Assembly (NCBI GenBank): GCA_964016885.1
Contig: OZ024758.1
Coordinates: 32,364,001-32,428,000 of the forward strand
Reading direction: 5' to 3'
Source of the DNA: Eledone cirrhosa
Taxonomy: Eukaryota
DNA: 64,000 nt
Below are positions 25,927 through 39,859 of the stretch, piece after piece. The stretch's first letter is position 1. Each line of letters begins with the position of its first letter. Below the pieces are notes generated by a model, which saw nothing but the letters and a program-made list of their open reading frames with translations, did not search any database and had not been told where the DNA came from. The position numbers and the translations under genes are program-made.

Positions 25927-26214
25927 CAGTGTAACCCCGGTATTCACGGGATTTTCCTTAGAACCTAACTAATAATTGTTCGTGGAAACCACCGCATATT
26001 TATGGAATCGCGATTTTTTAATGCCGTTTTTCGTGGCAAGATATATTTTTTCATGCTTTTTATGCTAAATTATTAATAACAATATACCATATTGGCAAGC
26101 CTATATTTTAAGTTATGTTTTGACTTTTATGGACATTTTTATGGACCACGTCCAATATTTGTGGTTTTTCACCCTTCTTGGGTGCTCTAGGAAAATAACC
26201 CTCACAAATACCGT
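25927..26214. mobile_element. Tigger-like MITE, decayed
   Basis: ta-cagtgtaaccccggtattcacggg ... ccctcacaaataccg imperfect TIRs. Confidence 0.5.
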
Positions 26215-26235
26215 GTGTGTGTATATATATATATA

Positions 26236-27225
26236 AAAATAAAAGGAAAACACAAGAGGGAATAATCCCTTCTTCAGTTGTCTGCTGAGATCATGGACAT
26301 TTCAACACATTTCAACAATATGTCTAACTCCAGTGTAGAAGTTATAAGGGAAAAAAAGGAAAGAGAAAAAAATTAAACAGAAGGGAAAAAATGAAAAAAA
26401 ATGCAGACAACATTCCGAAAAAGAGGGGAACACTAGAAGCACATGTATGTAAGTAACCAGGAGAGAGAGAACACAAAAACAGCTACTGAACATAAGTCTG
26501 AGGCTTTTGTTGAAGGTGAATTAGGGAGAGTGTAGAAAAACAAGTCTGACCTCAAGTAACCACACAGCCTGTTTCTTCCAAATTTTTATAAATTTTTTTT
26601 TGTGACCTGTTCTTTCTTTCTTTCTTTCTCTCCATTTACTTTGTTGCTATTAACTCTTTCCCTTTCTTTCTCTCCCTCTTACTTTTACTCTCTTTTTCTC
26701 TGCTCCCCTACTACTTCTATTTTCTCTAGTCTCTGCTTCTTTTCGCCTACTCTTGCTGAGGTCAGAATTGTTTTTTACACTCTCCCTAACTCACCCTTAA
26801 CAAAAGCCCTGGACTTAGGTTCAGCAGCTGGTATGTGTTCTTTCTCTCTCTCTCTACTGGTTACTTATATACATACATGTGCTTCTAGTGTTCCCCTATT
26901 TTTCGGTATGTTCTCTATTTTTTTTTTCCTTTTTTCCCTTCTGTTTAATTTTTTTCTCTTTCCTTTTTTTCCCTAATAACTTCTACACTGGAGTTATACA
27001 TATTGTCTTTAATAAGTTGAAATGTCCGTGATCTCCTGGAGTTAGACATATTGTCTTTAATAAGTTGAAATGTCCGTGATCTCCTGGAGTTAGACATATT
27101 GTCTTTAATGAGTTGAAATGTCCGTGATCTCCTGGAGTTAGACATATTGTCTTTAATGAATTAAAATTCCAGCAGTCAATTGAAGAAGGGATTGTCCCAG
27201 CTTATGTTTTCTTTTTATTTTTAAA
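26236..27225. repeat. Inverted duplication (~315-bp arms) with a 51-bp tandem expansion in one arm
   Basis: 26236-26555 is the reverse complement of 26757-27225; unit ctggagttagacatattgtc...gtgatctc repeated ~3.5 times at 26988-27160. Confidence 0.85.
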
Positions 27226-28038
27226 TACACTTTATCAAATAACCACACAGCTCCCTGTTTCTTCCAAATTTATATCTAGGGAGTTTTATGTGCAGTTACT
27301 GTAGGTTCACCCGAGTGAATACTCAATACGTAGTTTCCAGTCTGTAATGAGGTATAGAACTAAACAGAGTGTAAATAATAATAAAAGGATGATTTGTTAT
27401 GTCTTCATTACTTTTAATGATTGGTGACGCGCATTTCGCTATTGATCAGCTCAAGGTTTGATCTGTATCGATCTGGCCAGACTCTGGAATCAAAAGCTCA
27501 CATATATAGGTGTGGGTACAAACAAAAGAAAAGAAAAGAGCAATCAACACATAATGTGTAAGTTGAGAATATTTATATTACCAGTTTGACGTATCTCTCC
27601 ATTACCAGCAGTTTCCAGATGTAAAAACATCTGATTCATCATATCCATTGGAGAATAAGTGAAAAATAAAATGGAGGATGGAATTAAGGAGCAGGCTGTA
27701 AAGGGCCTGCATTCAGGTCAGATGGTAGTGTTGATAAGTTTGCAACAAGGACTGAGCACGCAAAGTTGTATCTCCTCTGAAAGAGTCCAGTGGCATCAGA
27801 TATACGAGGGATAGGCTGAAAAGTTTTTCCTGTTCAGTGGGTTTATACACCCCATTATCAAAAGTCAAAAATATTATGGCAAAGCTTCTATTTATATTTC
27901 AGTAATTGATTTGCAGCTTACTGAAGTGTCAGGTGATTCACATGAGTGTACTTAGCTATTCCAGTACACCAGCCTCACCATCACCTGTAGTAAGGTCATG
28001 CATGTGCATGGTTTATTTCTGCAGTAAATTATATTCAT

Positions 28039-28426
28039 ATGAGAGTGGGCTGAAAAGCTCATAGACTGACTATGAAGGATTGATGCTAGAGCTGTGAAAT
28101 CTTGCATGCATTGATTTCAACTAGATTGCAGTATCGGTAGAGCATCAGACACCATACTTTGCAACATAGAGTTATAGCCCTTTTTGTTCTGAGTTTAAAT
28201 CCCACCAAGGTTAACTTTGTCTTTCATCCTTACGGGGTCGATAAAATAAAGTACCAGTAATGCACTGGGGTAATTGCTGGCCAAACGTAGAAACAAATAA
28301 TTTCAACTCTTCTTACTAATAACTTCATTGTTTCTTTCCAGGGACTATCTTGAAAAATAAACCACATTTACTCATTCCATGAGAGTATCTTGATCAGACT
28401 ATGAACATTTCAGCTGACCCTTTTGT
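28039..28426. mobile_element. Mariner-type MITE interrupted by a family C SINE
   Basis: Imperfect TIRs gagagtgggctgaaaagctcatagactga / tcagactatgaacatttcagctgaccctt. The SINE at 28122-28300 is flanked by duplicated atttcaact. Confidence 0.6.
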
Positions 28427-28429
28427 GGT

Positions 28430-28985
28430 CATAGGAACCCTGGTATCATCAGTGAGTCTAGCAGCTCTTCTGTTCTGTGTACCTGGTGTCAGTTGAATGT
28501 TCAACTGGTGTCGGATTGATGCTGGTGCTTTCATCGTGTGTGAGCTTATACGAGGGTGGAGTCGTCTGACCCACATATACACCTGAGTAGGGGCTAAGGT
28601 GGTCTTTGTGGGAGCTCCTGGGCCAGGTGTCAGAATTTAGCTAACAGAGTACTTCACCGGTGTCAGCAAAATGTTTCATCAGTTTTTGTTAAGGATATCG
28701 CTTGTTGCTGCAATATATGCAATCTTTTAGAGTGGCAGAGATGATAGTTGTAGCCCTCACTGTGCTATGGTGTGTTCTATCTAGAATGATACATTTAATG
28801 CTGGGAATGTCGAACACTTGATTATGGAGCTTCCACATGAAACAGGACAGGGTGTTGGTGTTCTCCCTGTTCTTGCACCTTAAGGTGTGTATTTGTTGGA
28901 TACATCTACTCTTGAACTCATTGGCAGTTAGGCCAATAACATTTACGAAGTTGATAATATTACATACAGCCACTTGGCACGAAAC
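28430..28985 (-). mobile_element. PLE GIY-YIG 3' fragment with UTR
   Basis: VIGLTANEFKSR...TLSCFMWKL...HLC...LNK...C*HR (CRHR). An isolated CTGATGA core half lies near 28446-28452. Confidence 0.7.
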
Positions 28986-28989
28986 ACTA

Positions 28990-30590
28990 TAACTTCTAAA
29001 TACAAGAGGGCTAACCCCATGGCCTACCATAACATCAATACAGAAGCCAAACATCTTGCTTCCACCCTTAAGGTAGATAAGAAACTCCAATGCTTAGCTA
29101 AGCATGAGGCATATCTCACCCTTTAAGATCACAAGGTAGACTTTGCTTCTAATCCCACATGTAGACTACTGAACCCAGCACGTATGGAGATGGGGCAGTC
29201 AGTAAGGCTATACTTAGGAACATAGCTAAGACCATTAGGACTAAGTCCAACCTATCCCAGTGGAAGAACAGCGACTCCGTCATTAAGTGGTTTAACTCCT
29301 TAGACTAAAAAAAAAAACAAAGTTCACACAATTCGACATTGTGGATTTTTACCCGTCAATATCAGTGACCCTGTTGAACAAAGCGTTGGACTTTGCTACA
29401 ACTTACACTACCGCCCATGATTTAGACAGGGAGATCATCGCACACTGACAGAAAACCCTCCTCTTCAACAACTGAGTAGCCTGGACAAAGAAGTCAACCA
29501 CTTCAGAACTATTCGACGTCTCAATGGGATCGTTTGACAGTGCTGATGTATGCGACATGGTTGGCTTATTTATTTTAGATATATTACGTGCTAGATTCCC
29601 GGACTTCCACACGGGAATATACCGCGATGATGGTCTGACCCGATCAAGCCATAAAAGTGGTCACGACCTGGACCGGTTTAAAAAAGATATAATTTCTACA
29701 TTTAATAAGTTAGGACTTTGGATAACAGTAGCTACCAACCTCTCTAGCATAGATTTCTTAATTTAGACCTTCGCACACACACACCTTTAGACCCTTCCAT
29801 AAACTAAAAGAAAAACTGAATTACATACACAAGGACTCATGCCACCCTCCGACTGTTTTTAGAATCTTCGTGAATAATATCGGTACTAGAATCTCTAACC
29901 TCTCCTCTAATAAAGCAATCTTTGACATAGCGGCACCCTACTACAACGCGGCGTTAGCTAACAGTGGCTTCTTGCAACCAATTATTTACTCCCCTGCTAA
30001 CACCAACAATGGAAAAACAATTTGCCCCCCCCCCTCTCTCAACGTTAAAACTAATGTAGGAAAAACTTTTTAGCTCTGTTAGATAGACACTTCCTCATAG
30101 GTCACAAATACCACTCCATCTTTCCCAGACACAGGGTGAAACTAGGATACTCCTCTGCTAAGAATATGAAGGCCCATATGCCCAACAACCCTAAGAGCAG
30201 CCTGAAGCTTGTCCAATCAGCAACAATACAACACACTCACTGTAATTTATGAAGCTGTGGTCACTTCTAACCAACCAAATCAACAACAAGAGGTTAAATC
30301 CTATGTAGGTATGGCGGAAGGCCGGTTTAAGGAACACTTCCTGAATCATCTGTCGATGTTCAGATACCCGGACAAATGATCATCCATAAAGCTTGCGAGC
30401 CACCTTTAGTCCCTCAAGGACTCAGGCATGGATTACTTCATCCAATGGAAAGCTATTACTAAGTCTAAGCCATACGGAAATCCGTCTTGTGGGCTGTGCA
30501 TTAAAGATAGGATCAATATCCTGAGAAGATTACATAATGATTGCCTAAATTCAAGGAATAAACTTTTTTCACGTTGTCCACACCTCCTTT
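28990..30590 (+). pseudogene. Second Naiad-type PLE RT-GIY-YIG relic
   Basis: LLNPA, QFDIVDFYPSI, MGSFDSADVCDMVG, GIYRDDGL, SCHPP, VKTNVGKTF, YVGMAEGRFKE, CGLC, LNSRNKLFSRCPH; many stops. Confidence 0.88.
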
Positions 30591-30591
30591 G

Positions 30592-30642
<51 letters not shown>

Positions 30643-30963
30643 GACACAGATGTAGAACAACAAACTATTTAAATAGACAGGTGCATAGAAATAACTAGAG
30701 TTATACGAGAGTGTAATCATGCAGTACTAATGATGATAATAATATATTAGTAGGGTGATAATGATATTAATAAGTTCATAACAGAAACAAGATAGGTACA
30801 AGAAACATTAACTTGTGTTGACTTTAGTGCTACTATTCCTTATACAACTCACTAAAATGTTTTGTTGTGAAAAGGAACCAAATGGTAAAAGAAATAATTT
30901 TGTAAATGTAAGAAATATCTTTGGAATAGAATGCATGAATATAAGTACTATAAAAGAAGTCAC

Positions 30964-31274
30964 TTTAGCATTTACATTACTCTATATATATTATTGTATT
31001 TTCACAGTAAAGGCTTTACCTCACATAACATTTACATTACTCTATATATATTATTGTATTTTTAAGGTAAAGGCTTTAACTCACATAACATTTACATTAC
31101 TCTATATATATTATTGTATTTTTAAGGTAAAGGCTTTACCTCACATAATATCGAATCTATGAGATTTTGATATTTATTTTGAGAACAGTATGAGTAGTTA
31201 GTTATGGTTGGTTTGAACAGAAAGAGGTGAGAGAATTATGGCCAGATATGGCCGGTTTAAATGCTAAAGGGTTA
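30964..31274. mobile_element. TTAA-type (piggyBac-like) MITE with an internal 60-bp triplication
   Basis: Homologous to 37601-37808; ends tgctaaagggttaa. Confidence 0.75.
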
Positions 31275-32019
31275 AAGCAGTATAGTTTGTGAGATATGTG
31301 GTTATGATTGTTTTGGGAAAGCCAGTACAATGTAAGTTAGAAATACAGGAGTGGAAACTAAAGTAGAGTAAAGAAAAACAAAACAAAAGAAAACAAGTTT
31401 ACATTTTCACATTATATTCCATGATATTTCAAGGTTAGAACATCTTTTTCAAAAGAAAGGGCAGTGTATAGTGATGACAAGTGGAGTAGAGCATCACTTG
31501 TCTTCAACACCACACTTTCATTTACTCTCCTTTGAAAAAGAGGTCCTAACTCCGAAATAACATGAAAAATAAAATTTGATAAATATTTGAATTAAATCAT
31601 AATTTGAAAGATTTATAAATGAAGACAAATAGTTAAAGAAAAAAAATGTCTGTTTCTCGGTCATTTTGGTATATTCTCTGTTAGCAGAAAATGTCAAAAT
31701 AGAGAGAACTACACAAAATACAATGTATTGTCCAGAAACTATACAGGGCGGTGTTGGGTGAGGACTAAATGTTGAAGATATTGATGATGATGATGATGAC
31801 TTGGATTGCAACAAGAAAAATAGTAATGCTTATAAATATCAATGGTTACACAAAGGAATGAGATAGATATGGAAAAGCTAATTCATTTAATGCTGCTTAC
31901 ACACACACACAAAATTGTTGTCGGAAAATTTGGCTTTGTCAGAAAATTCTTGAATTTTCAAAAAAATATTGTATACTTTGCTCGTTTATTCTAATTATAC
32001 CAAAAAATTGCATTCAGTA

Positions 32020-32220
32020 TCTATATACTACTAAAACTCTGTGATTGATTGCTTGCTTCTCTGTAATGTAGTACAGCCAAAAGGGCGCATAATGAGAAAA
32101 TACTTTGAAAGGAAGTTGACCCTGAAATGGGAATACGAATGGAATAAAACAAGTTTCGAGTAAATCGGAGCAGGTGTTCCCGAGATACGGGGGTTTTTCC
32201 GGGTACCTTTATATACAGAG
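32020..32220 (+). mobile_element. Possible Helitron/Helentron-type non-autonomous element
   Basis: Starts TCTATATACTACTAAAA followed by short tetranucleotide repeats; ends tttatatacagag. Confidence 0.3.
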
Positions 32221-32449
32221 AGAGAGAGAAGCCTAGAGAGATAGAGATAGTGGTTGTGAGAGAGTAGATTGAAAGAGAGAGAGAGAGAGAGCTGGTAGTG
32301 GTGTTGTGTATATATATATATATAAATATATGTGTGTGTGTCTGTCTAGACCAGTGTATATAGATCACAGACATCCACATATATATACACACACACATTT
32401 ATATATATATACATACACACATGTATATATATATATATGGGCCTCTCTG

Positions 32450-32488
<39 letters not shown>

Positions 32489-33002
32489 TGGTAGCACAAG
32501 ACAATATATATATATATATGTCTATTTATTATGCTTAAAACATATAGTAGATGAGTCCATATACATCTTTATATATATATATACATATCTGTACACCCTC
32601 ACCCCATTTGAGAGGTTGGTAGCTCTGCTTGAATAGTGACTTGGTCACGGAAGACCTGTCCAACCCTTGCTAACAGATAAGATGGATGTTAAATGATGAT
32701 GATGATGATGATGATACACACACACATATATATATATGATATATTTACCTATATAAATAATATATATAAAACTTAATGAAGATTGTAGATAAATGTTGAA
32801 ACAAAAGAATCTTGCTTATGCATAACAAGAAATGAAAAAAGAATTTTAACCATAAAAGTTATTGTAAAATCAACTAAAATTACCTTAATCTTTTTATTCA
32901 CGAGAAGTGTTAAAGAAATGAAAGAAATGTATAAGAATAAAAATTCAATGATTAATGAACATTCTATTTATGTTAATAAAAGTGTGATGGCTAGTTTTCT
33001 CA

Positions 33003-33205
33003 TTAACCCTTTAGCATTTACATTACTCTACATTTACTATTGTATTTTCATGGTAAAGGCTTTACCTTACATAATATTGAATCTATGAGATTTCGATATT
33101 ATTTATTTTGAGAATAATACCATAACATCCATACGAGTGGTTGGTTACAGCCAGTTTGAGCAGAAAGAGGTGAGAGAATTCTGGCTGGATATAGCTGGTT
33201 TAAGC
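33003..33205. mobile_element. TTAA-type MITE copy, right end damaged
   Basis: ttaaccctttagcatt start; homologous to 37601-37808. Confidence 0.75.
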
Positions 33206-33214
33206 TTTCTAGCA

Positions 33215-33476
33215 TAGTGGTCTTGAACCACCAAATGGTACCAGGCCGCTAAGAAGCCCTTCAATATTTGTGAAGAGTTGATCCTGCCTGGCACTAAGGA
33301 GATGAACCATTAAGTTTTAGGAGAGTCTGCAGTTAAAAAGCTAGCAATGGCTCCACTTTCAATTGATGAAATAGCAGAGGACATTGAGGCACAATTGTTA
33401 GAGAGGATTAATGAGTCACCAGTCCATGGAGAAATTGTCACAGTGGTCCATGGCACAAAAAAGTTGGGGACCACTG
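33215..33476 (+). mobile_element. hAT (Charlie/Buster-like) deletion derivative
   Basis: TIRs tagtggtcttgaacc / agttggggaccactg; TCTAG-containing flanks; internal IDEIAEDIEAQLLERINESP transposase relic. Confidence 0.75.
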
Positions 33477-33999
33477 CTCTAGAAGATTAATTCCATTATT
33501 TGTTTTTAGCCAAAATGACTGAATTAGTTATCATTAATAATTAACCCTTTTGTTACCAACCTGGCTCTGGTTCTATGAAACAAAAATAGGAACCCTTTAA
33601 AATGGGTTAAGTTAAAATCTTCCAGCATAATTTTGTATAAAAAACAAACTTTTGTTACAAATACTATTTTAATAATGAAATAATAATTTTACTACATCCC
33701 TCTAAATTCTTCATTAATTAATTGTAATACAGTGTATGTACTTAGAAATATGGTTAACGAACATTTTAACACCACAATACCTTTACAATTCTAGCCTATA
33801 CTATCAAAATATTTATTGGTTTTGACAATTTTTTATACTTTTTATACAGGTGTTGATTATAGCACAAAAATGAATCCTGATCGCACACACAAAAAACTGA
33901 ATTTAAAAAAGATCTAAAAATAAGCACACCAAAAGCTTGAAACAAAAAAATTTAAAAGACCAAAAATATACTTCAGGAAAAATAACTTTAAAAATTGGA

Positions 34000-34535
34000 A
34001 AAAATGAAACAAAATTTCTTTTCTCACTCTTAGTACGGTTGTTACTTAAATATAATTATGTATATGTACATACACATATGTATACAGACGTACAGTAGTA
34101 TGTATATATATATACATACATGCACACATATATATATATGTACCTATGGATTTACCGAACATTTATTATAATGCTCGGTGTGTTTGTAAACAAACATCCT
34201 GAATTAAGCCGTACAGTGTTTAGCAACCATCGTTGCCCTTTTGTTCAACACTGACAAAGGAACGATGTACTAGTTTCAAGCTTATTAGCTATCGTCAGCA
34301 CCATATACCTTCCTGCCAGATGATTGAACGTCTGAAAGTATATACTTTCCTTATGCATATTAACGGCTGAGTAGCCTAATTTGCATATCGAGTGAGTTAA
34401 TCGGCCGGGTGCACCGAAAACGATAAATGGAAAAAATGAAACGAAATTTCATTTCTCACTCTTAGTACGGCTGTTACAGATGTTCAATATACTGTACGTC
34501 TGTATACATATATGTATGTACGTATACATACTTAA
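34000..34535 (-). mobile_element. Non-coding HHR-bearing partial-tandem element (copy 1)
   Basis: Direct repeat period ~432 bp, inverted piece at ~34488-34530, homologous to 44606-45180. Confidence 0.75.
34264..34302 (-). ncRNA. Minimal hammerhead ribozyme
   Basis: ggtg-CTGACGA-t agct aata agct t-GAAA-CTAG-TA-catc. Confidence 0.8.
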
Positions 34536-34776
34536 ACTTAAAGAAAGATATTCCTAAAAGATTCACAGTGCTTCATTTTTGTATTTGTTTTGCAAGATTC
34601 TTGATGTGAAATTGTGTGTTGAAATAGATATTGTTATACTTTGGGAGGGTTGCCAATAAAAACACGCACAGCAGTTGAGTTTCTCTTTGGTTTTACTATT
34701 AGTTAGGTAACTCATTCATTCCTTGATTAGGAAGCAAATGTTTATCTAATTTTCAATTGTGAAAGTTGTTTTATCA

Positions 34777-35110
34777 CATGGCTTAGTGGTTACAGCATTG
34801 GGCTTGTAATCGGAAGGTTGTGAGTTCAATTCTCGGACTGGGTGATGCATTGTGTCCTTGAGCAAGTCACTTTATTTCATGTTGCTCCAGTTTACTCAAC
34901 TGTAGAAATGAGTTGCGATGTCACTGGTGCCAAGCTGTATTAGCCATTGACTTTCCCTTGGACAAATTGGTGGTGCGGAGAGGGGAGGCAAGTATGCATT
35001 GGGTGACTAATGGTCTTCCACAAACAACCTTGCCCAGACTTGTGCCACAGAGAGGAACTTTCTAGGTGCAAATCCCATGGTCATTCATGACCGAAGGGGG
35101 TTTTTACCTT
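34777..35110 (+). mobile_element. SINE family B
   Basis: A/B boxes, CORE-like block, family B tail. Confidence 0.85.
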
Positions 35111-37600
35111 TTACCTTGTCACTCATACTATTACCTTCTCAATCACTATTCTTGCTTCTCTGTGTTTTCATTTTGTTTCATTTGCTCCACCTTCTCTTTC
35201 TGTTGTGTGTTATGTATGTGTGCATGTGTACTGCTACTTTCCCAAGCTTGGAGGAGAAACAAGTTATAAAGACACAAATACACACACACATGCATTTGCC
35301 AAACTCACAGATGCTTGTAGAAGTATAACAAGTCCTAAAAATGGGCATTTATTTAGCAAACATCTACATTTACAAAAATGTAAAGTTATACTTTAAATAT
35401 TTTTATTGACATTTGTTTACAGCTTTTCAAAATGTAATGTTTGTTAAATAAATACTGATGTATCCAGTGATGCCGATGGAGGGTGCTTGGTTATTCCAAT
35501 GCCTTAATCTTGTGGTAATAGTGTGAGTTTTTTTCCTGAATTATATCATTGGTCTTTTGAATATTTAAAAATTCAGACTTATGGAGCTCAGATCAGTCAT
35601 TTTCAGTCTTATGACCCAAACCTCTTTTATAACAAATATTTGCAATTTTAGTTCTTCCAATCGTTTACACTTATAAAATACTACCTCAATACATGCAATG
35701 CCATGCTGTTATACATTTTGTCTAGTTCATTTATTTATACTAGTTCAAATAGTTCTATGTTATATAAATACTCACAATTGTTGGCCCCTTGAGAACCTAT
35801 ATCATTCAATTCCCCACTTAAATAGTTTCTCTTTCCTTTTAAACAGCTTAATCAGAAGAAGGGACACAACCCTTTTCAGGGCCTCTCTAACTAGTGAAAG
35901 GGAGAAAATTATCCTCAAGCTAGAAATTTGGTCTGAATGCTTGCAACAGTGAAATCTACTAAAGGCACCCGAGGACCAGCTGGGTGTATTAAAATGAGAG
36001 ATGGATTAAGTATATATATATATTGCATGCATATCTAACATGGTGTATAGTATATTTATACAATAGTCTATGTGTACATTAGTTAATAAAAGTCTGAGTG
36101 CATGCTTATACTTTCACATTAGAAAAAAATATCATTGTCTTTTTGTCTTCACATGTTTTGTTTTTTTTTAACAGTTATCTTCTTTGCTTTAGTGTTTAAA
36201 TAACAAAATGAAACACTGAGGTACTCTTGACATTTTAAGTGAACTTCACTTTTATTAACCTTTCCCTCAGTTGGCATTTTGAAGCAGATTTTATGCTGTT
36301 GTTTTTGGAATAGTCTCTGATAGCAATATTGGTAGAGTGCTACAGGTGATATTGGAGTTTAGACATGGGAATTTGTTAAAGTGTTAAATAAATATAGTTG
36401 TCATTTGTTTGTAGCCAATTGTTGAAGATTAGAGATATTTTATCTGTGATTTAAAGAAAGAAACTTTCAATATCATCTTTACAACTAGCCAACGTTATTT
36501 GAAATTCAATTATAATAAATTTATATACAAGGTTTTGTGATTAAAATTATATCGTATTGTAATTAATTCAACAAAAGACTCGGTGAATACAAGATTCTAA
36601 AGCTTTAGCTTGAGAGTTGCTTTAATTATTCATTTAACTAAATATTCTAAGCTTTTTTAATAGGTAATTAAGTTTACTGAGTTTATATATTCGATGGTTT
36701 GATGGTTTTATTACTTAGAGACTAAATTTTTCGATTTGAAATTCATTTGACTTTCACAGTCGACAATGATCACATCATCAAACAATCACAATGAGCAAGA
36801 TTCATTTCTTAATCTTATTTTAATTCTTAATTTGATTTACATTATAGTAGTAATTGTTAAATCAATATAAAAATGTCTGTTTCACAGGTACCATGGCACC
36901 TGTTCATTATGCAATCATCTATACTAAGAAAAAACAGTTCCAATTCAATTACTAACACATCTAAAGTGGCGGTAATTAATTATTTGAAATAAATTAGTAG
37001 AAATGATAAGAATATTTATTACATGATAGCTAAATAATTTTCAGCTTTCCATATGTAGAGATTAAATAAAAAGGAAATGAAAATATATGAGATTGCAAAG
37101 TAAAATATATTCATTTTAATTCTTAAATATTAACAAAATTATTTAGTTCATATTTCTCAAATATGAACACCTGAATATTTCTAGCATAAACTAATTAGTA
37201 AAATAATATATAAAGAAGAAAATGTTGGCAAAGGATAGTTGCTAATTTTTAAGGATTGGTTGTAAATTGCCATAAATGTAAAACTAATTAAATTTTAATA
37301 TTAATGATATTAAATTGATTCTACAAAGAATGTGTTATAATAATCAATTTAATCGGAATGATATCATAATTTATTCATGAATTCAAGTCTCAATTTGACA
37401 AAAAAAAATTTTGATCATGATTAAGGTAATATTTGGCAAATGGTCAGACATTTATTTTAAAGAGGTTATCGATAGTTTTATGCTCCATAACCATCAATAT
37501 TATGCACATTATGACATCAGAACAGATGCAGTTAGTTCTTAGAATAATAATTTTAACAATGAATCAATTGAAAAGAGAGAATGCTTTAAAGATTAGTTAA

Positions 37601-37808
37601 CCCTTTAGCAGTTACATTACTCTATATTTACTATTGTATATTCATGGTAAAGGCTTTATCTCACATAATATCGAATCTATGAGACTTTGATAGTATTTAT
37701 TTTGAGAGCAATACCTTAACGTCAGTATGAGTGGCCTGTTATGGCCAGTTTGAACAGAAAGAAGTAAGAGAATTCTGGCTGGATACAACCGGTTTAAATG
37801 GTAAAGGG
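37601..37808. mobile_element. Complete TTAA-type (piggyBac-like) MITE
   Basis: TTAA-CCCTTTAGCA...TGGTAAAGGG-TTAA. Confidence 0.85.
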
Positions 37809-39244
37809 TTAATATTTTTATACTAACATATTTTTAGCTTAGTGTCTATAAATATTACTTCAACTAGGGGTTAAATAGCTTCACTAACCCGCAATTGGCC
37901 AAGCATGGTGAGTATGGTTACGCCCCAGACATAGCCAAAACCAAACAGAAATGAGTGGAGGTCAACCATCAGGAGTGAAAAGGCCCTATATTGGATTGGA
38001 TTGGTCTATAAATATAAAATAGCAGTATGTTTTTGTAAAGTATATCATAATATCTTATAGTATAATGATAATATATTACTAGATCTTATTGATTAAAATA
38101 AGAATCCAGAACAGAGAGGTATAAAACCTTTGCAATCAATGTCATTCAGTGTTTTATTATTTCTACTAACACATCTCCTGAAATTTCAGAAAGAATTTAG
38201 ATGATTGAACTAGCTCCAATATAATATTGGTATTTATATGATTGAAGAGGGATGGAAGTAAACCAAGTCCAAGAATGATTTAAATAAAGAAAATAATGTC
38301 ATAATAACTAAATGAGACAAAGCAGTTAATGTTTCTGTCACTTTACCATTCTTATTACATATAATAAGAAGCAATTAAATACAGCATAGAAGCATCTGTG
38401 GATACAAACAGCACTTAAACTGAAAAAGCAAGTATATAAAAGATCGTATAAAGCAAACTTTGAAGTAGATAGCTACAAATAGATGGCAAAACAGACATTT
38501 ACATGATTTGTACTAAGCAATATTTAATATAAGAGAGTGAGAAATTTGCAAGTTCTGACTTTAATATAAAACTATATAATCACTGCACAAAACAAAAGCT
38601 TACCAACAAAACCTATTTGAAAAAATATAACTAACCAAGTGGGGAAATCATAAGAGTAGATTTAACAGTATGTACCATATACCATACTGTGTCTCATTGT
38701 TTTGGTCAACTCAAATTCCATTGTATTTACCTTTTGATCCACTGATAAAGAGATAAACAAACCAAATAAAGATTGCCAACAATTTACAGCCATTTTTCAA
38801 AAATGGCTACCATAAATGACTACACATTACTCAGATATACCAAATATATGGAAATTAAAACAATTCTTAAACATCCTCATTAAATAAACACTCACGTATA
38901 TAACATTTTTTTCATATTTAGGACTATCACATGTGGATGGGAGGAGATGTTAACAAATATTACCATCATAATAATAATAGAACAGCTAGGAGCAAAATAG
39001 ATATCCCATGTATCAAAAAGAGAATGAGAGAGGTTTTATAGCTAACATACTGTTAACTTCTCTAAATAGAATGCTGGAAGTCTCTAAACTTAAAGATTCA
39101 AACATGTTTGAAAGGGTTGAAGACAGCCATTTTTCTCTTTGGCGAATCCCAGATTGACCTTTTCAGATTTCACTTGAAGAGGAAAATGAGGGTGGAGAGG
39201 GAGGTGTTGCCTTCCAAACAGTTTGTTGAAAGGTGAGAGTGGCA

Positions 39245-39440
39245 AGCATTGTTCTCGTATAACATAATTATCTTCGCTTTTTTCCTGTTCATTGCCAGGG
39301 AACGTCTTCACAACCAAAGTATAGTTTTCCTGTTTTCCAAAATATTTATTTCTGCGATCACATATTGATTTTTTTAGTTTCAGAAGATCCTGTTAAGGGT
39401 GAAAGCAGCGATTTTTTGCTTAAACTTTAAACTGTTCTTA
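39245..39440 (+). mobile_element. Solo pLTR of the 7050-10558 PLE family with a CAGA-variant HHR (39376-39426)
   Basis: Highly similar to 10240-10460. Confidence 0.8.
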
Positions 39441-39859
39441 TAATTAATATATATATAACAATTTTACCTGCCTTACAGAAATGTATTTAATAAACAACAG
39501 CCAAACAAACTATACAAAATATATAAATGAACCAATAAGGAGGAATCTTTTATAGAAATCTCATAAAAACAGAACACAGAATATATTAGAAAAACATTAA
39601 AATTAAAAACCTCTTTATCAAGAGGAAACCACAAACCTGCAAGCCACAAAACAGACCTTAAACGACCAATGTGTGGTATACAAGTTTCAAGGTAAATATG
39701 AAAGTTGTAAACATTACAGCTCAAACAGTTACAGAGGATATACAAATACAAACTTCTTATTGCTGACTGATAAAGCATTTACAAGTCATTACAATACATT
39801 TCATTATAAAATAAACCTAGGTAGAAAACAAATATCTTATAAAGAATTCCATAATAAAG

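Noticed and set aside
27590-27650. Minus-strand HHR (aTGATGA...cagatgt/acatctg GAAA)
   Set aside because: C3 is missing and stem I cannot be paired; at most a relic.
28625-28685. SECIS-like hairpin on the minus strand (ATGA...TGA) or minimal HHR
   Set aside because: The segment reads as the ORF's own C-terminus (LNK.DE..C[R]HR[R]STLLAKF*), with TGA explained by CGA decay. The apical AA is missing and HHR stem I does not close.
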